A DNA stretch of 63,129 nt, filler included, from Octopus bimaculoides (taxonomy: Eukaryota): NCBI RefSeq assembly GCF_001194135.2. It is 6 parts of 6 records of this genome, joined end to end, with 100 filler letters (N's around TTAATTAATTAA, not from the genome) between each part and the next. Parts side by side here need not be neighbours in the genome. Positions count along the whole stretch, not along the records: positions 47,137 to 58,651 come from NC_068983.1; positions 58,752 to 63,129 come from NW_026351538.1; 4 more parts are not named here. The stretch is one strand, 5' to 3'. Below are positions 51,531 through 63,129 of this stretch, piece after piece (position 1 is the first letter of the stretch; every line of letters starts with the position of its first letter). The notes under the pieces are model-generated. The model saw only the letters and a program-made list of their open reading frames with translations. It did not search any database and had not been told where the DNA came from. The position numbers and the translations under genes were made by a program.

Positions 51531-52284
51531 TGTATACTGCCGGTATATTCTTTTTTTTTTTTTTTGTAGGATCTGAAAGAAGTGGGCAGTGCCCGTGGTT
51601 TTTGCAAGCCTTCCTACACCGGTGAGATGCCATTAATGTTCCTTTTGAACTCTTGTAAGTCAAAACCTGCGGTAAAGAGGTAAACAAAGATGGAGTTCCG
51701 TGGAGCCGACGTTCTGGGAAGAAATAACTGAACGAAGTGGTTTGTGCGGAGCCTAGTTGAGGAGGATACAATTACTAATATAGTTATTAATATTTTTTTT
51801 AATGAGAGGCTGTTAGATCAGCAAGTTTCATACCATTCCACCTGATATCCAACATTACCCTGGCTCTTCTTATCTCGTAGTCTTTACTATGTCCATACTC
51901 CTTGAACATCTTTCTCAAAATATTTCATTTCCTTTGAAGTTCCTTTTTAGCTTACATTTTCTCTAAAAATATCAGTATGCAACCGTGATTATCAATCCTC
52001 TGGACCTTTTCAGTGTTTTAGAACCTGCAAAAATCTTAGGCTCCCGCTTCTCTCTTCTTTATTCTTCAAAATAATAAAGAAACGTTTTCTGTCTTTATAA
52101 CAATAAATGAGTACATTCAAGCTGAACCAATTATTTCTAATTTCATATATTCCGTAAATTACGCCGAGGAGATCTAATAGTACTGAAACATGTCCCGAGT
52201 TGTCTCCTATACGTGTTAAATAATTAAAGTATAATTCTCTCGTCACCATCACATAATTATTTATAATTACTGCTTCTTACTCCA

Positions 52285-52650
52285 TTGTTGTTGGCACTCC
52301 GTCGCTTACGACGACGAGGGTTCCAGTTGATCCGATCATCGGAACAGCCTGCTCGTGAAATTAACGTGCAAGTGGCTGAGTACTGACACGTGTACCCTTA
52401 ACGTATTTTCGGGGAGATTCAGCGTGACACAGTGTGACAAGGCTGACCTTTTGAATTACAGGTACAACAGAAACAGGAAGAAAGAGTGAGAGAAAGTTGT
52501 GGTGAAAGAGTACAGCAGGGTTCACCACCATCCCCTGCCGGAGCCTCGTGGAGCTTTAAGTGTTTGCGTTCAATAAACACTCACAATGGGAATCGAAACC
52601 GCGATCTTATGACCGCGAGTCCGCTGCCCTAACCACTGGGCCATTGCGCC
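52285..52650 (-). mobile_element. SINE family C, full length, tRNA-derived head (GGCGCAATGGCCCAGTGGTTAGGGCAGCGGACTCGCGG...GGTTTCGATTCC)
   Basis: A- and B-box-like motifs followed by a non-tRNA body and (ACA)n tail. Confidence 0.9.
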
Positions 52651-54239
52651 TCCACACGACGAAGTATATGCTTTGCTAATGTGGACATAAAAATGAAACA
52701 TGTCAAGAGTTGTACTTGCTAGAATAATTAAAACAATATCATTCATTGACTTATGGTGTGTGTGTTTTCTTTTTTTTTTTGCTATTTTGTTTTTGTCTTT
52801 TTTTTTTGTCTTTTGTTTCTCTCACTGCATGACTATTTCTCATTTGATTTTTTCCATGCTCTCTACATTGAATATGTTAACACTAACTTAACTATTGAAA
52901 AAATTTCAGTTAATTGCTGAAACCGCTTCACTTACATTAATTAATATCCAACTATCGCGAGATCATTTCTATAAAATCCAGGCTTCATTGCTATGCATAC
53001 AAAATTTTATTATTTACTGAGAATTTTGCTATATTTTGCTATGTGAATGTGGTAATTAGATCCCCTTGTCACTGTGAAAGTGGTTAGAATGCTTTCTTCT
53101 CCAGCGAGCGTATTAAGCCACCCTAGCGTCCAGTAACACCATATCCGTATCACGTCCTCGCGTTGTTGTTTTTTTTTTTTTTGTCGTTTTTTTCTTTTTT
53201 GAACTCACTAATTTCAATAACCCTTGTAAGACCACTTATTTGGCGAGCATGGTAAACAAGCTTATTTCTCTGCAGCAATCCAATCCTGCCCTACGGTTTC
53301 GATTTACTGTTCAATCTAATTCAGTTAGCTTTCGTGCTGTTAATACTTTTTAGAAACGGGGACCGACAATTATTCCATCATATATTGCTTTGCATAATAC
53401 TTTTTTTTTTAAGTTCTAACACATGGCAGGTTTCAAAACTTGTAGGGGTTTATCAAAAGACGTTTTTACTACCAATCTCGTGGCAGACTACAAACCAGAG
53501 TTGCAACCCACGTACTCAGTCTTGACATTTACATTCTTTCAATAATCTTCACCTGAAATCGTTGTTATTGCTTTTTATTTATTCTACCTTTGCATATGCG
53601 TGTCTGTATGTGTGTATGTGTATTTATGTATGCGCACGTGTGCGTCTGTTTGTGCGTGTGTTTAATTTGACCTTAAATCTCCATGTAACCTTTAAATGAA
53701 TAATTAAATGAGAAATACCTTGAATTCCAAAATGAATCCTAATTAGATGGTAAAGAATTTGGATATTGCTTTACATTTTATCCTTTATTTCTTTAACTGC
53801 TTCGATTCCGCAAGCGATGCGAATACTTGTGAAGAAATGAAATGATCGGCCAAAATAGATCCTTTTTATATTGGTGTTACTTATTTTAATAACTTAGGAA
53901 GAGAGGAAACAGCTAAGATATGAACGCGGAATCTAGAAAATATACACAAAAACAGAATGTTTATTCCGGCATACTACGTTCTTGACCATCTTGCGCAGAT
54001 ATAGCTCAGCCTTTAGCTTACAAATTGTACAATGTTGTTGGTTTTTTGTTTGTTTGTCATTTTAGCAATACTGATGAAAATTTATTTATTAAGCCAACTG
54101 ATCACATTTTAAATTATAGCATTTAAACACAAAGATACGGTAAAAATCTGTAAAACTACAGGGTGTCCACAAGGTCTGGGTACATGGAGTAAATAAAATC
54201 ATAACAGACAAAGAAAAAACAATGAAAAAATGGGGGATT

Positions 54240-54437
54240 AAGCAGCAGAAGATGGAGGAGAGGGGACAATTGGCCACACACCCCAGAACCAATGGTGTAC
54301 TCAGCTAGGTCCCGAGGTCATGATCACGATGGTGTTGCCGCGGAGAAGGGCTAGCGACAACCGCTGCAGCAGCCACTTAAATTTGCAGGACTCATTTTTC
54401 AGACGGGCCGCAGTTATCCAGATTTTGCCTGGAGGAA
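54240..54437 (-). mobile_element. CRE-clade-like non-LTR retrotransposon 3' end
   Basis: KWLLQRLSLALLRGNTIVIMTSGPS* resembles the FQRLS.A..RGNA C-terminal motif of CRE-type RLE elements. Confidence 0.6.
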
Positions 54438-54447
54438 NNNNNNNNNN

Positions 54448-54871
54448 CCGGATTAAGACCCATCGAGGCCTTAAGCACTTATAAGATTTTGATGCCCTCC
54501 ATAAAAGATTATGTAATTCAAAATATAAACAATAACAAACCATAAAATAAATTTTAATTTTTCAAAACGAAACAAAACAGTAAAAGGGAAAATAATGTTT
54601 ATTTTTGTATACTTCCACTTTATTTATATTTGAAAAGTTTCCCCCTACATTTTTGAATTGCAAAGTCTTTGATCAGATCCTCAAAATTAATCTTAGGTAA
54701 CACATCTGCATCTATACTTAGTAGAGATAAAGGAATCTAGAATATTGTTTTAGCAAGTTTAAAGTGATTTCTTTTTGTGTCGTAAACCATTTACCATTTC
54801 TGTGGTGCCCCCTTCCTTCCCTTGATGCCCTAAGCACGTGCTTATTTTGCTTAATGGTTAATCCGGCGCTG
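54448..54871 (-). mobile_element. Non-autonomous hAT element with TIRs and a dimerisation-domain remnant (54651-54740)
   Basis: ccggattaa at 54448 and ttaatccgg at 54858-54866; minus-strand LSLLSIDADVLPKINFEDLIKDFAIQK. Confidence 0.78.
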
Positions 54872-55440
54872 GGTGATACCCAGGTTTGTAATTAATTGCA
54901 AGTAATAAGTTAATATATTTCTTTTTCCCGTTTTAATCATGAATAAAATCAAATATTTTTCGAGGCAGATTCGCAACTACTTCTAGCTGGACGAGCAGAT
55001 ACCGAGAAGCACTTTGTTGGATCGGTTTGAGAGTATTAGTATTTTTTCATGCAAGAAGTAAACACCCGCCCAGTTGGAACCATACACAATTTCAATTCAC
55101 GGTTGAAGCTTCATCGTTTACGCTATTTCAGTCAAATACGCTCTAAAAAAAATCGTTAAGACGGTACTAATATTATTAAAGTATCGTATTTGTGACGTAT
55201 AGGATACATCCTGGCATAAAACGCACCCAATTTTTACAAGAATATTTTGCGGAAGGAAATAAAACAAATTTAGTACGAATTTTTTTCATTTAGACAACGA
55301 AAAAATATTTCTTAAATATGAAATAATACGTTAAATAATGAAAGACATATGTAAGTAATGTATGCTGGGGAAAAAGGTATAATGAGATAATATGAGTTCC
55401 CTATATAACTGCCGACGTAGAGTAAATATGTCTTCCTAAA

Positions 55441-55658
55441 TTTACTCTTTTACTCGTTTCAGTCATTTGACTGCGGCCATGCTGGAGCACCGCCTTTAGT
55501 CGAGCAAATCGACCCCGGGACTTATTCTTTGTAAGCCTAGTGCTTATTCTATTGGTCTTTTTTGCCGAACCGCTAAGTGACGGGGACATAAACACACCAG
55601 CATCGGTTGTCAAGAATGCTAGGGGGACAAACACAGACACACAAATACAGACACACAA

Positions 55659-55711
<53 letters not shown>

Positions 55712-55900
55712 CATATACATATATATATACCCATATACGACGGATTTCTTTCAGTTTCCGTCTACCACATCCACTCACAAGGCTTTGGTCGACCCGAGGC
55801 TATAGTAGAAGACACTTGCCCAAGATGCCACGCAGTGGGACTGAACCCGGAACCATGTGGTTGGTAAGCAAGCTACTTACAACACAGCCACTCCTGCGCC
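55441..55900 (-). mobile_element. SINE family A, full length, ungapped
   Basis: Complete head, internal (TG)/(TA) tract and tail. Confidence 0.93.
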
Positions 55901-55979
55901 TATATTTTGTTCAACATTTCTTAATTAATAACAGTTTTTGTACCTAGCCAGCTTATGCTTATCCACCTCCCTCTACGAA

Positions 55980-56290
55980 AGCGCGTGGCTTAGTGGTTAA
56001 GGTATTTGGAACACAGTCGTAGGATTGTGGGTTCGATTCGCGGCAGCGCGTTATGTCCTTAAGGAAGACACTGTATTTCACGTTACAAAAATGCTGACAA
56101 AAGTGAGTTGTACCTGTAATTCCAGTCTTGTCACTTTCTGCGTCACGCTGAATCACCCTAAGAACTATGTGTAGAAGACCCGTGTCTATGGAGGAGTGCT
56201 CAATCACTTGCCCGTTAATTTCGAGAGCAGGCTGTTCCGTTTATCAGATCAACTGAAACACTCGTCGTTGCAACAAGCAGTGCCAGTATC
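55980..56290 (+). mobile_element. SINE family C
   Basis: GCGCGTGGCTTAGTGGTTAAGG...GGGTTCGATTCG head; shared body. Confidence 0.85.
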
Positions 56291-56596
56291 TTGCTCCCTA
56301 ACATATGGTGCTCGGTTTCTTGTCTATAATACGGTCGCATTAGACGCAAGGCAATCTTGGGGTACAGTTTTCAAATAGAAAGCACGTCTTAAACATCCGT
56401 CAATACGGTAATTAAAATTACAACCGCAGCGACGAAAAAAAAAATCAACTTAGTGGAGGCAACTCCAAAATCTAAAATTTTTTAAAAAGGAGAGTTGCTT
56501 CCCCTATTTTTTTTTTTTTTTTTTGAAAACACACACACACCCATACACTTTCTCTCTCTCTCTCTCTCCGCACACAAAAATTTTGGTGAATTACTC

Positions 56597-56734
56597 TTTT
56601 TATATTCTTTTAGTTGTTTCAGTCATTTGACTGCGGCCATGCTGGGGCACTGCCTTTAGTCGAGCAAATCGACCCCAGGACTTATTCTTTGTAAGCCTAG
56701 TACTTATTCTATCGGTCTCTTTTTGCCGAACCGC
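56597..56734 (-). mobile_element. SINE family A 3' module running into a gap
   Basis: Near-identical to the corresponding 3' module at 51063-51195. Confidence 0.9.
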
Positions 56735-57444
56735 NNNNNNNNNNNNNNNNNNNNNNNNNNNNNNNNNNNNNNNNNNNNNNNNNNNNNNNNNNNNNNNNNN
56801 NNNNNNNNNNNNNNNNNNNNNNNNNNNNNNNNNNNNNNNNNNNNNNNNNNNNNNNNNNNNNNNNNNNNNNNNNNNNNNNNNNNNNNNNNNNNNNNNNNNN
56901 NNNNNNNNNNNNNNNNNNNNNNNNNNNNNNNNNNNNNNNNNNNNNNNNNNNNNNNNNNNNNNNNNNNNNNNNNNNNNNNNNNNNNNNNNNNNNNNNNNNN
57001 NNNNNNNNNNNNNNNNNNNNNNNNNNNNNNNNNNNNNNNNNNNNNNNNNNNNNNNNNNNNNNNNNNNNNNNNNNNNNNNNNNNNNNNNNNNNNNNNNNNN
57101 NNNNNNNNNNNNNNNNNNNNNNNNNNNNNNNNNNNNNNNNNNNNNNNNNNNNNNNNNNNNNNNNNNNNNNNNNNNNNNNNNNNNNNNNNNNNNNNNNNNN
57201 NNNNNNNNNNNNNNNNNNNNNNNNNNNNNNNNNNNNNNNNNNNNNNNNNNNNNNNNNNNNNNNNNNNNNNNNNNNNNNNNNNNNNNNNNNNNNNNNNNNN
57301 NNNTGTTTTCCTTGTTTTTCTGTTTTTGTAAGAATTCTAAAACGTAAAAAGGCTCGGCGTGATTAAAGTTAATAGTCTGGAAAACTTTAATTAATGTCAC
57401 GGTTACTGACCCCTAACGTCTAGGTATCTAATTCCAGCTGCTCT

Positions 57445-57493
57445 GAAGAAGAAGAAGAAGAAGAAGAAGAAGAAGAAGAAGAAGAAGAAGAAG

Positions 57494-57524
<31 letters not shown>

Positions 57525-57878
57525 TCAAGAAGAAGAAGAAGAAGTTCAAGAAGAAGAAGAAGAAGAAGTTCAAGAAGAAGAAGAAGAAGAAAAAGAAGAA
57601 GAATTGTTGGTGTGGTTGTTACGACTGCTGCTGCTTCTACTACTGCTGTTGTTGATCTTTTACCTGGTGATGGTGGTGGTAGTGGCTACTACTACTACTG
57701 TGTCATTGTCGCTGCTGCTGCTGTTGTTGTTGTTGTTGTTGATCTTTTCCCTGGTGATGGTGGTGGTGGTAGTTACTACTACTACTACTACTACTATTAC
57801 TACTACTACTACCACTACTGCTGCTGCTGCTGCTACTACTACTACCACCACTACTACTACTACTACTACTATTACTAT

Positions 57879-57939
<61 letters not shown>

Positions 57940-58105
57940 ACTACTACTGTTTCTATTGTCGTTGTTGTCATTGTTGTTCTTGGTGGTGGTCATGGTAATG
58001 GTGATGGTTACTACTACTACTGCTGTTGTTTCCTTCGCAGTGGAGATAGCGGCGGCGGCGGCTATTACTGTTGTTTTTCTGATTGTTGTTGTTGTTGTTC
58101 CACTA
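57445..58105. repeat. (GAA)n tract (to ~57603) followed by a mixed CTA/CTG/GTT/GGT triplet tract with an internal duplication
   Basis: Read directly; gttgttgatcttt.c.ctggtgatggtggtggt occurs twice. Confidence 0.95.
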
Positions 58106-58149
58106 CTTAACCAGATCGACCCGAATTCAGCACTTCTGTGATCAAAGGC

Positions 58150-58280
58150 GTTCCAACCACTCCAAACACCATGATGTTGACTGGATGTTTGATTTTTATC
58201 ACTCTCGGTACATCTCCTCAGATTGACACCCCAAACACTCTGAAATGTTCGTATTGAAGCTTTTGGTGCGAATGCCAAAC
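58150..58280 (-). mobile_element. maT/DD37D-like transposase fragment
   Basis: VPRVIKIKHPVNIMVFGVVG resembles the KHP..IMVFGVV motif of this group. Confidence 0.6.
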
Positions 58281-58695
58281 AGTACAGTATGTCGTTTCCA
58301 AATTTCTGGCAGAGTGAATTGCTTCATGATGGTGTTTTTCTTGCAGACGGTGCCCAACTGACCCTACCATATCGTGTAGTCGACAAAATCAAAAACAATG
58401 CACATGAACGAGATTAAAAACATAAAATGGTGACAATTTACCCATCGCACCCTGTATATACATATATAGGAAATTGGTCATACACCATTAGGTGTATACC
58501 CGCTTTCCTATATTAAATTCTAAATAATAACGGAACGCAGAACTCTGAACTATCAACACAACGATATTTATTTATGGAGGAAATAGGCATGGTTGCTGAG
58601 ACGCCGGAATGTTGTTGTGAGCTGTCCCCAGAGTTGGAATGTTGGAGAGACNNNNNNNNNNNNNNNNNNNNNNNNNNNNNNNNNNNNNNNNNNNN

Positions 58696-58707
58696 TTAAT
58701 TAATTAA
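58696..58707. other. Artificial scaffold-joining spacer
   Basis: TTAATTAATTAA within N run. Confidence 0.93.
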
Positions 58708-58751
58708 NNNNNNNNNNNNNNNNNNNNNNNNNNNNNNNNNNNNNNNNNNNN

Positions 58752-58914
58752 AATCATGTGAAATTCTGGTAAGGCGGTTTTGGTAGCATTATATTTATTA
58801 CCACCGAAACACATGCCTACTTGTGAAGTTAAAACATATTTTAGGATATTTTCTTTCATTTATTACTACCATCATCATGTTTTCCTACAACATATCCCTT
58901 GCTGTCATTTATGA
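58752..58914 (+). repeat. 163-bp exact direct repeat, copy 1 (scaffold start)
   Basis: Identical to 62967-63129. Confidence 0.95.
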
Positions 58915-59656
58915 AATAAGAAATTACCATTCAATATTTATATATGCCGATATTTTAAAGATGGCAAGGCAATTTTTACTGAAGAACAACGTTCCCAACA
59001 CGCATGAGAATTTCATATATTTTTTCAAATGATTAAAAAGGAAAAAAAAAAAAAAAACAAGATGTTGGAGCTTGATTTTTGTAATGTTTCAATAATTAGG
59101 CAATAAGGGTTAGATTTTATTTATAAAGTACAGTATTGATTCCTGTTTATTAAACACCAATATTGAAATTATTAAGTATTCAGTTCGAATATTGAAATAT
59201 TTCAACGAGTCATAATGTAACTAGTTTAAGGAAAATACTTTACAATCAACGAATTCATTTCATACGAATTATAATCATAAAACCCACCGAAACCCGANNN
59301 NNNNNNNNNNNNNNNNNNNNNNNNNNNNNNNNNNNNNNNNNNNNNNNNNNNNNNNNNNNNNTTTTTTTTTTTTTTTTTTTTCTTAGCTTATAAGCATATT
59401 ACTAGACAAAAAGTAACCTTCCAGTGTGGCCAACCATGACACACTGCTTCACATCTGAGACGTTCCTGCAGCTGCATACACGGACACTCTGGTCTGAGTC
59501 CAGAGTAGGGCTCCCTTAGAGTGTAAGAAGTTAAGGGCCAAAGAATGTGAGTGGGANNNNNNNNNNNNNNNNNNNNNNNNNNNNNNNNNNNNNNNNNNNN
59601 NNNNNNNNNNNNNNNNNNNNNNNNNNNNNNNNNNNNNNNNNNNNNNNNNNNNNNNN

Positions 59657-59699
<43 letters not shown>

Positions 59700-59949
59700 T
59701 CATACCATTGAATAATTATTTTTATTTACTTTAGATGTATTTCGTTTAGAGTGTCCACTTTCATTCTTTGAGTTATATGAACCTATACGAATCAGTTTTC
59801 GCTTACACTCTTCAAAAGTGATTCCTCTGTTCTAGAAATCAGATGGTGTATCCATGAGTGAATGACAAGTTCAATAACGACTGACGTTCTAGGAAATCAG
59901 TGTGAAATATGCTAGTGACACTGGACAATCTTACTTATACGACTATTCA

Positions 59950-60440
59950 TTATAACAAATCCTGGCTCAGTTTCTTTTCTCAGATTTCTTCATCAGGCTA
60001 CACCAGACCCAGCACCCCGCTCTAAGAGCAGAATCAAAAAAGATTGGTATTAGTCTGCGTTAACAAGCCTTGAATTATATGGTAAAATCAATGAAAAGGT
60101 TAAAGTAAACTTGCCCTGGGAACCGAAAATCCAACGTTTCGGACAAAATCGTTTTTCAAGGAAAAATTGAAAGGCGAGAAATGAAAGAGTCATAACAGAG
60201 TTTTACATTCTCTCAGCTAAAACAAANNNNNNNNNNNNNNNNNNNNNNNNNNNNNNCCACGTGACCTTGAACAGGAAGTCGCGAGGAAGAGAAACGGTTT
60301 GGGAAAGATTGACGGAAAGAGGAATTGAAGGAAGAGTTGGAGGCAAAGTTGAGAGTGATGTGAAGGGAAAAGATGAGGTGAGAGTTGAAAGATAATCAAG
60401 GGTTTAATGATCTAAGAGGAGGTATAGGATTAGAAGGAAA
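59950..60440 (-). mobile_element. Penelope-like fragments with two decayed hammerhead remnants
   Basis: IFPKP...LPRDFLFK linker-like peptide at ~60258-60320; CTTGAAAAA..GTCC GAAAC GTT at 60131-60161; CTGATGAA GAAATC TGA..GAAAC at 59970-59996. Confidence 0.45.
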
Positions 60441-62966
60441 AGCGTCCGTTTAAGCCTGTCAATGACATGTTGCCAAATTCAAATACGAAACATTGTCATT
60501 TTCGTTTCTCTGGGAATGTAGAAATCGATGGTGAACAGCGATGCTACACACTGATAATTGAGTGATAGAATGGCCAGTGCAATTGATGTGGATGGTGACA
60601 AGTTGGCCTGGTATACGCAGTGGTATGTTTTATACTTGCTCTCGAAAAAGATTGTCAAGGCGTCAGCCTGTTTCCTTAAATGTAAAGGGTGTCACAATGA
60701 ACCCATATGATACAATATATAATATATAAAGTTTGACGATGTATTAAATAGTGACCTCCCACAAAAATTAACACCTAAACCTATAAGATACACGCGTCTT
60801 ATCTTTTTGTATTATGTTGAAAATAATTAATGGGTTGAATTAATATAACTGCTATTTCTTTTGGTTTTTCACTCTCTGTGTTGTCGCCGATAAATATTTC
60901 ATCGCTGTCATACTTACTGCCTTATTGATATCGCTTGTGAAGCTGATGCCTCCCCCTTCGCAAGTTTTATTCTCTTTTAATCTTATTTCATGAACGTCTA
61001 AAACCGCTTCAAATTTTTTCTTTTTTGTGGAAGAGGTTTTGCTTATTGTATGTTGCTAAGAGTCATATTATGCGTATGCTCAGCTGTGTTTGTGTGCTTG
61101 TGTCCAATATACAAACACACATACCGCAGAGTGAGTGAGAGAGAGAGAAAAGGGAGAGAGAGAATGACAAAGAGACACAGACATAGAGGGAGAAATAGCG
61201 GGGAAGAGAGAAGAAGAGAGGTGGAGAGAGGGGAGAGAGAGAAAGAGAAAGAAACAAAGAAAGCTAAACATTAAGGAAAGAAAAATAAATGTGAAGGAGT
61301 GGAAGATATGGAAAGTTTTGCTTTGTGCTCTGTGAAATATTTACTTTTTTTTCATTTCCACTTTTGTCCGTTCAGGTTTACTGGGTTCTCATAATTTTCG
61401 TGGTTTATTAAGATCGATGGGAACATTTTCTTATATCCTAAGTCATCAACTTCTTAATAAAAGAGTTTACTGATATTTCTCATAATTCTGATTTCTAAAA
61501 TTTTATAAACTTTTTAATTATCAAAATTAAAAAGCACATCAGAAAAACATACGTAGAGACTCAAAACACATGCACACTCACGCATACATAGAATCAAAGC
61601 CCATACACATCACACACATAAATATATGCATCAACATATATATACATACACACATACTTTTATGCATTCATACGTATATTGAAAATACATACAAACACAA
61701 ATACACACAAACACACATAAGTGAACGATGACCACCACATACATACAACTACAGAGTCACACATATATATTAACACGCGCGTACAAACCAAAATGCTTCG
61801 CAACACAATAAACAAAAATTCTTACAAAAGTCAATTGAATAAGAAGAGCTTATTTGAAGAGGTGGTAGGGGTGCAATGGAGGGGTTTATAAAAAAAGGAC
61901 TTCAATGAAATTTAAAAAAAAAAATCCTTGTATTGTTATCAATGAGACGATACTCGACGCTACGTAAACATTTACTTATCGATCTCGGGAGATGGGTGGA
62001 GGGCAACAAAAAGGAATACGTTCTAATATGATGAAATATNNNNNNNNNNNNNNNNNNNNNNNNNNNNNNNNNNNNNNNNNNNNNNNNNNTTTCAAACAGT
62101 TATAATAAGAATGGAAAGACTACACGATGTGTTGTAAATTTTGATATCTTAATGCAATAAATGTCCGAATGTTTTGGGGATAGACATTTGTCATTTGTAG
62201 AGTTATTTATTTTCAAATGTGACATCAAAATTTGCGAATAAACCATAAAATGATATTCAAATCTGATAATTAAAAACAAGAAATCTGCAGAAAAGCTGCG
62301 TGATAGTAGTGTCAGACGATCATATAACTTGTTTGACATTGCGTTTCTTTTCTTCTCTTCCGCTTTTACGAATTCGGTGTGTATATGCGCATTGCCTGTT
62401 CAAAGTTCTTTTTCTGGTTCCAACACGAAACTGTACAGATCACAGCCACTTAACGAACCGGCATTCGTGAGGAGCGCCTCGCGCGCAGATGGTTATGAAA
62501 TAAACCTTTCTTACAATATTTGTAAAACTGTCTGAAATTTCCTTTTTGAAGACTTATAAAAAAATAAAAAAAAGGAGAGTTACTTCCCTTGACAGAATGA
62601 TATTTTGTTGAAGTTTTCGAATATTTCTTAGAAAATTATTTTAATATTTCTCTTGTGCATGCAGTTATTCACTGAAAAATAGTCTATTATGACATCATGG
62701 AAATTAGCATTATCCTTAAGCCTGTTTTATATTCTAAACAAACAAATGGGGTTTCAAATTATTTCTTTTGAAATGTTTCAACAAAAAGCAATCCAACTTT
62801 GCTATTATTTCCTACCTTCACTCATTCAACAAGCATCAATGAATTTCATATTAATTGTGTTTAATATATTAATCACGATAGAACATTGTGATATGTTATC
62901 GTCTGTTGAAGGAGATAATATAATGGAGATATTTTACAATCACCAAATCCAGTTTTGACATTTTCT

Positions 62967-63129
62967 AATCATGTGAAATTCTGGTAAGGCGGTTTTGGTA
63001 GCATTATATTTATTACCACCGAAACACATGCCTACTTGTGAAGTTAAAACATATTTTAGGATATTTTCTTTCATTTATTACTACCATCATCATGTTTTCC
63101 TACAACATATCCCTTGCTGTCATTTATGA
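62967..63129 (+). repeat. 163-bp exact direct repeat, copy 2 (runs to window end)
   Basis: Identical to 58752-58914. Confidence 0.95.

Noticed and set aside
52580-52650. tRNA gene-like sequences (SINE heads throughout)
   Set aside because: A/B boxes are present but there is no complete cloverleaf, and each continues into a SINE body
57604-58278. Poly-Ser/poly-Tyr/poly-Thr ORFs up to 191 aa
   Set aside because: Triplet microsatellite open in several frames on both strands, running into a transposase fragment in a non-coding frame

Overview
AT-rich, microsatellite- and gap-riddled animal genomic DNA, most likely an octopod cephalopod. That assignment is inferred from the SINE families and the (TA)n/(TG)n load and was not checked by search. 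Five N-flanked TTAATTAATTAA spacers show the window is six separate scaffolds joined artificially, so neighbours across a spacer are not evidence of synteny. Most of the content is decayed mobile DNA: three tRNA-headed SINE families, LINE fragments (R4/Dong-like, CRE-like, RTE, CR1/L2-like, and one with ORF1+EN+RT remnants), Penelope-like fragments, and Tc1, maT-like and hAT DNA transposons. There is one convincing host ORF: an intronless 388-aa orphan on the minus strand (25899-27065). A frame-preserving Ser/Arg-rich minisatellite (33027-33717, minus) may be an upstream exon of it. The most notable signal is a non-coding retroelement at 7345-8034. It carries a complete type I hammerhead ribozyme fold (7521-7585, minus), a ~500-nt head-to-tail monomer and a 10-bp target-site duplication, and its 5' end falls at the predicted self-cleavage site. 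A second family member forms a perfect 83-bp hairpin (12741-12930). A second, unrelated hammerhead lies at 22463-22538. Ribozyme activity is predicted from the fold only.
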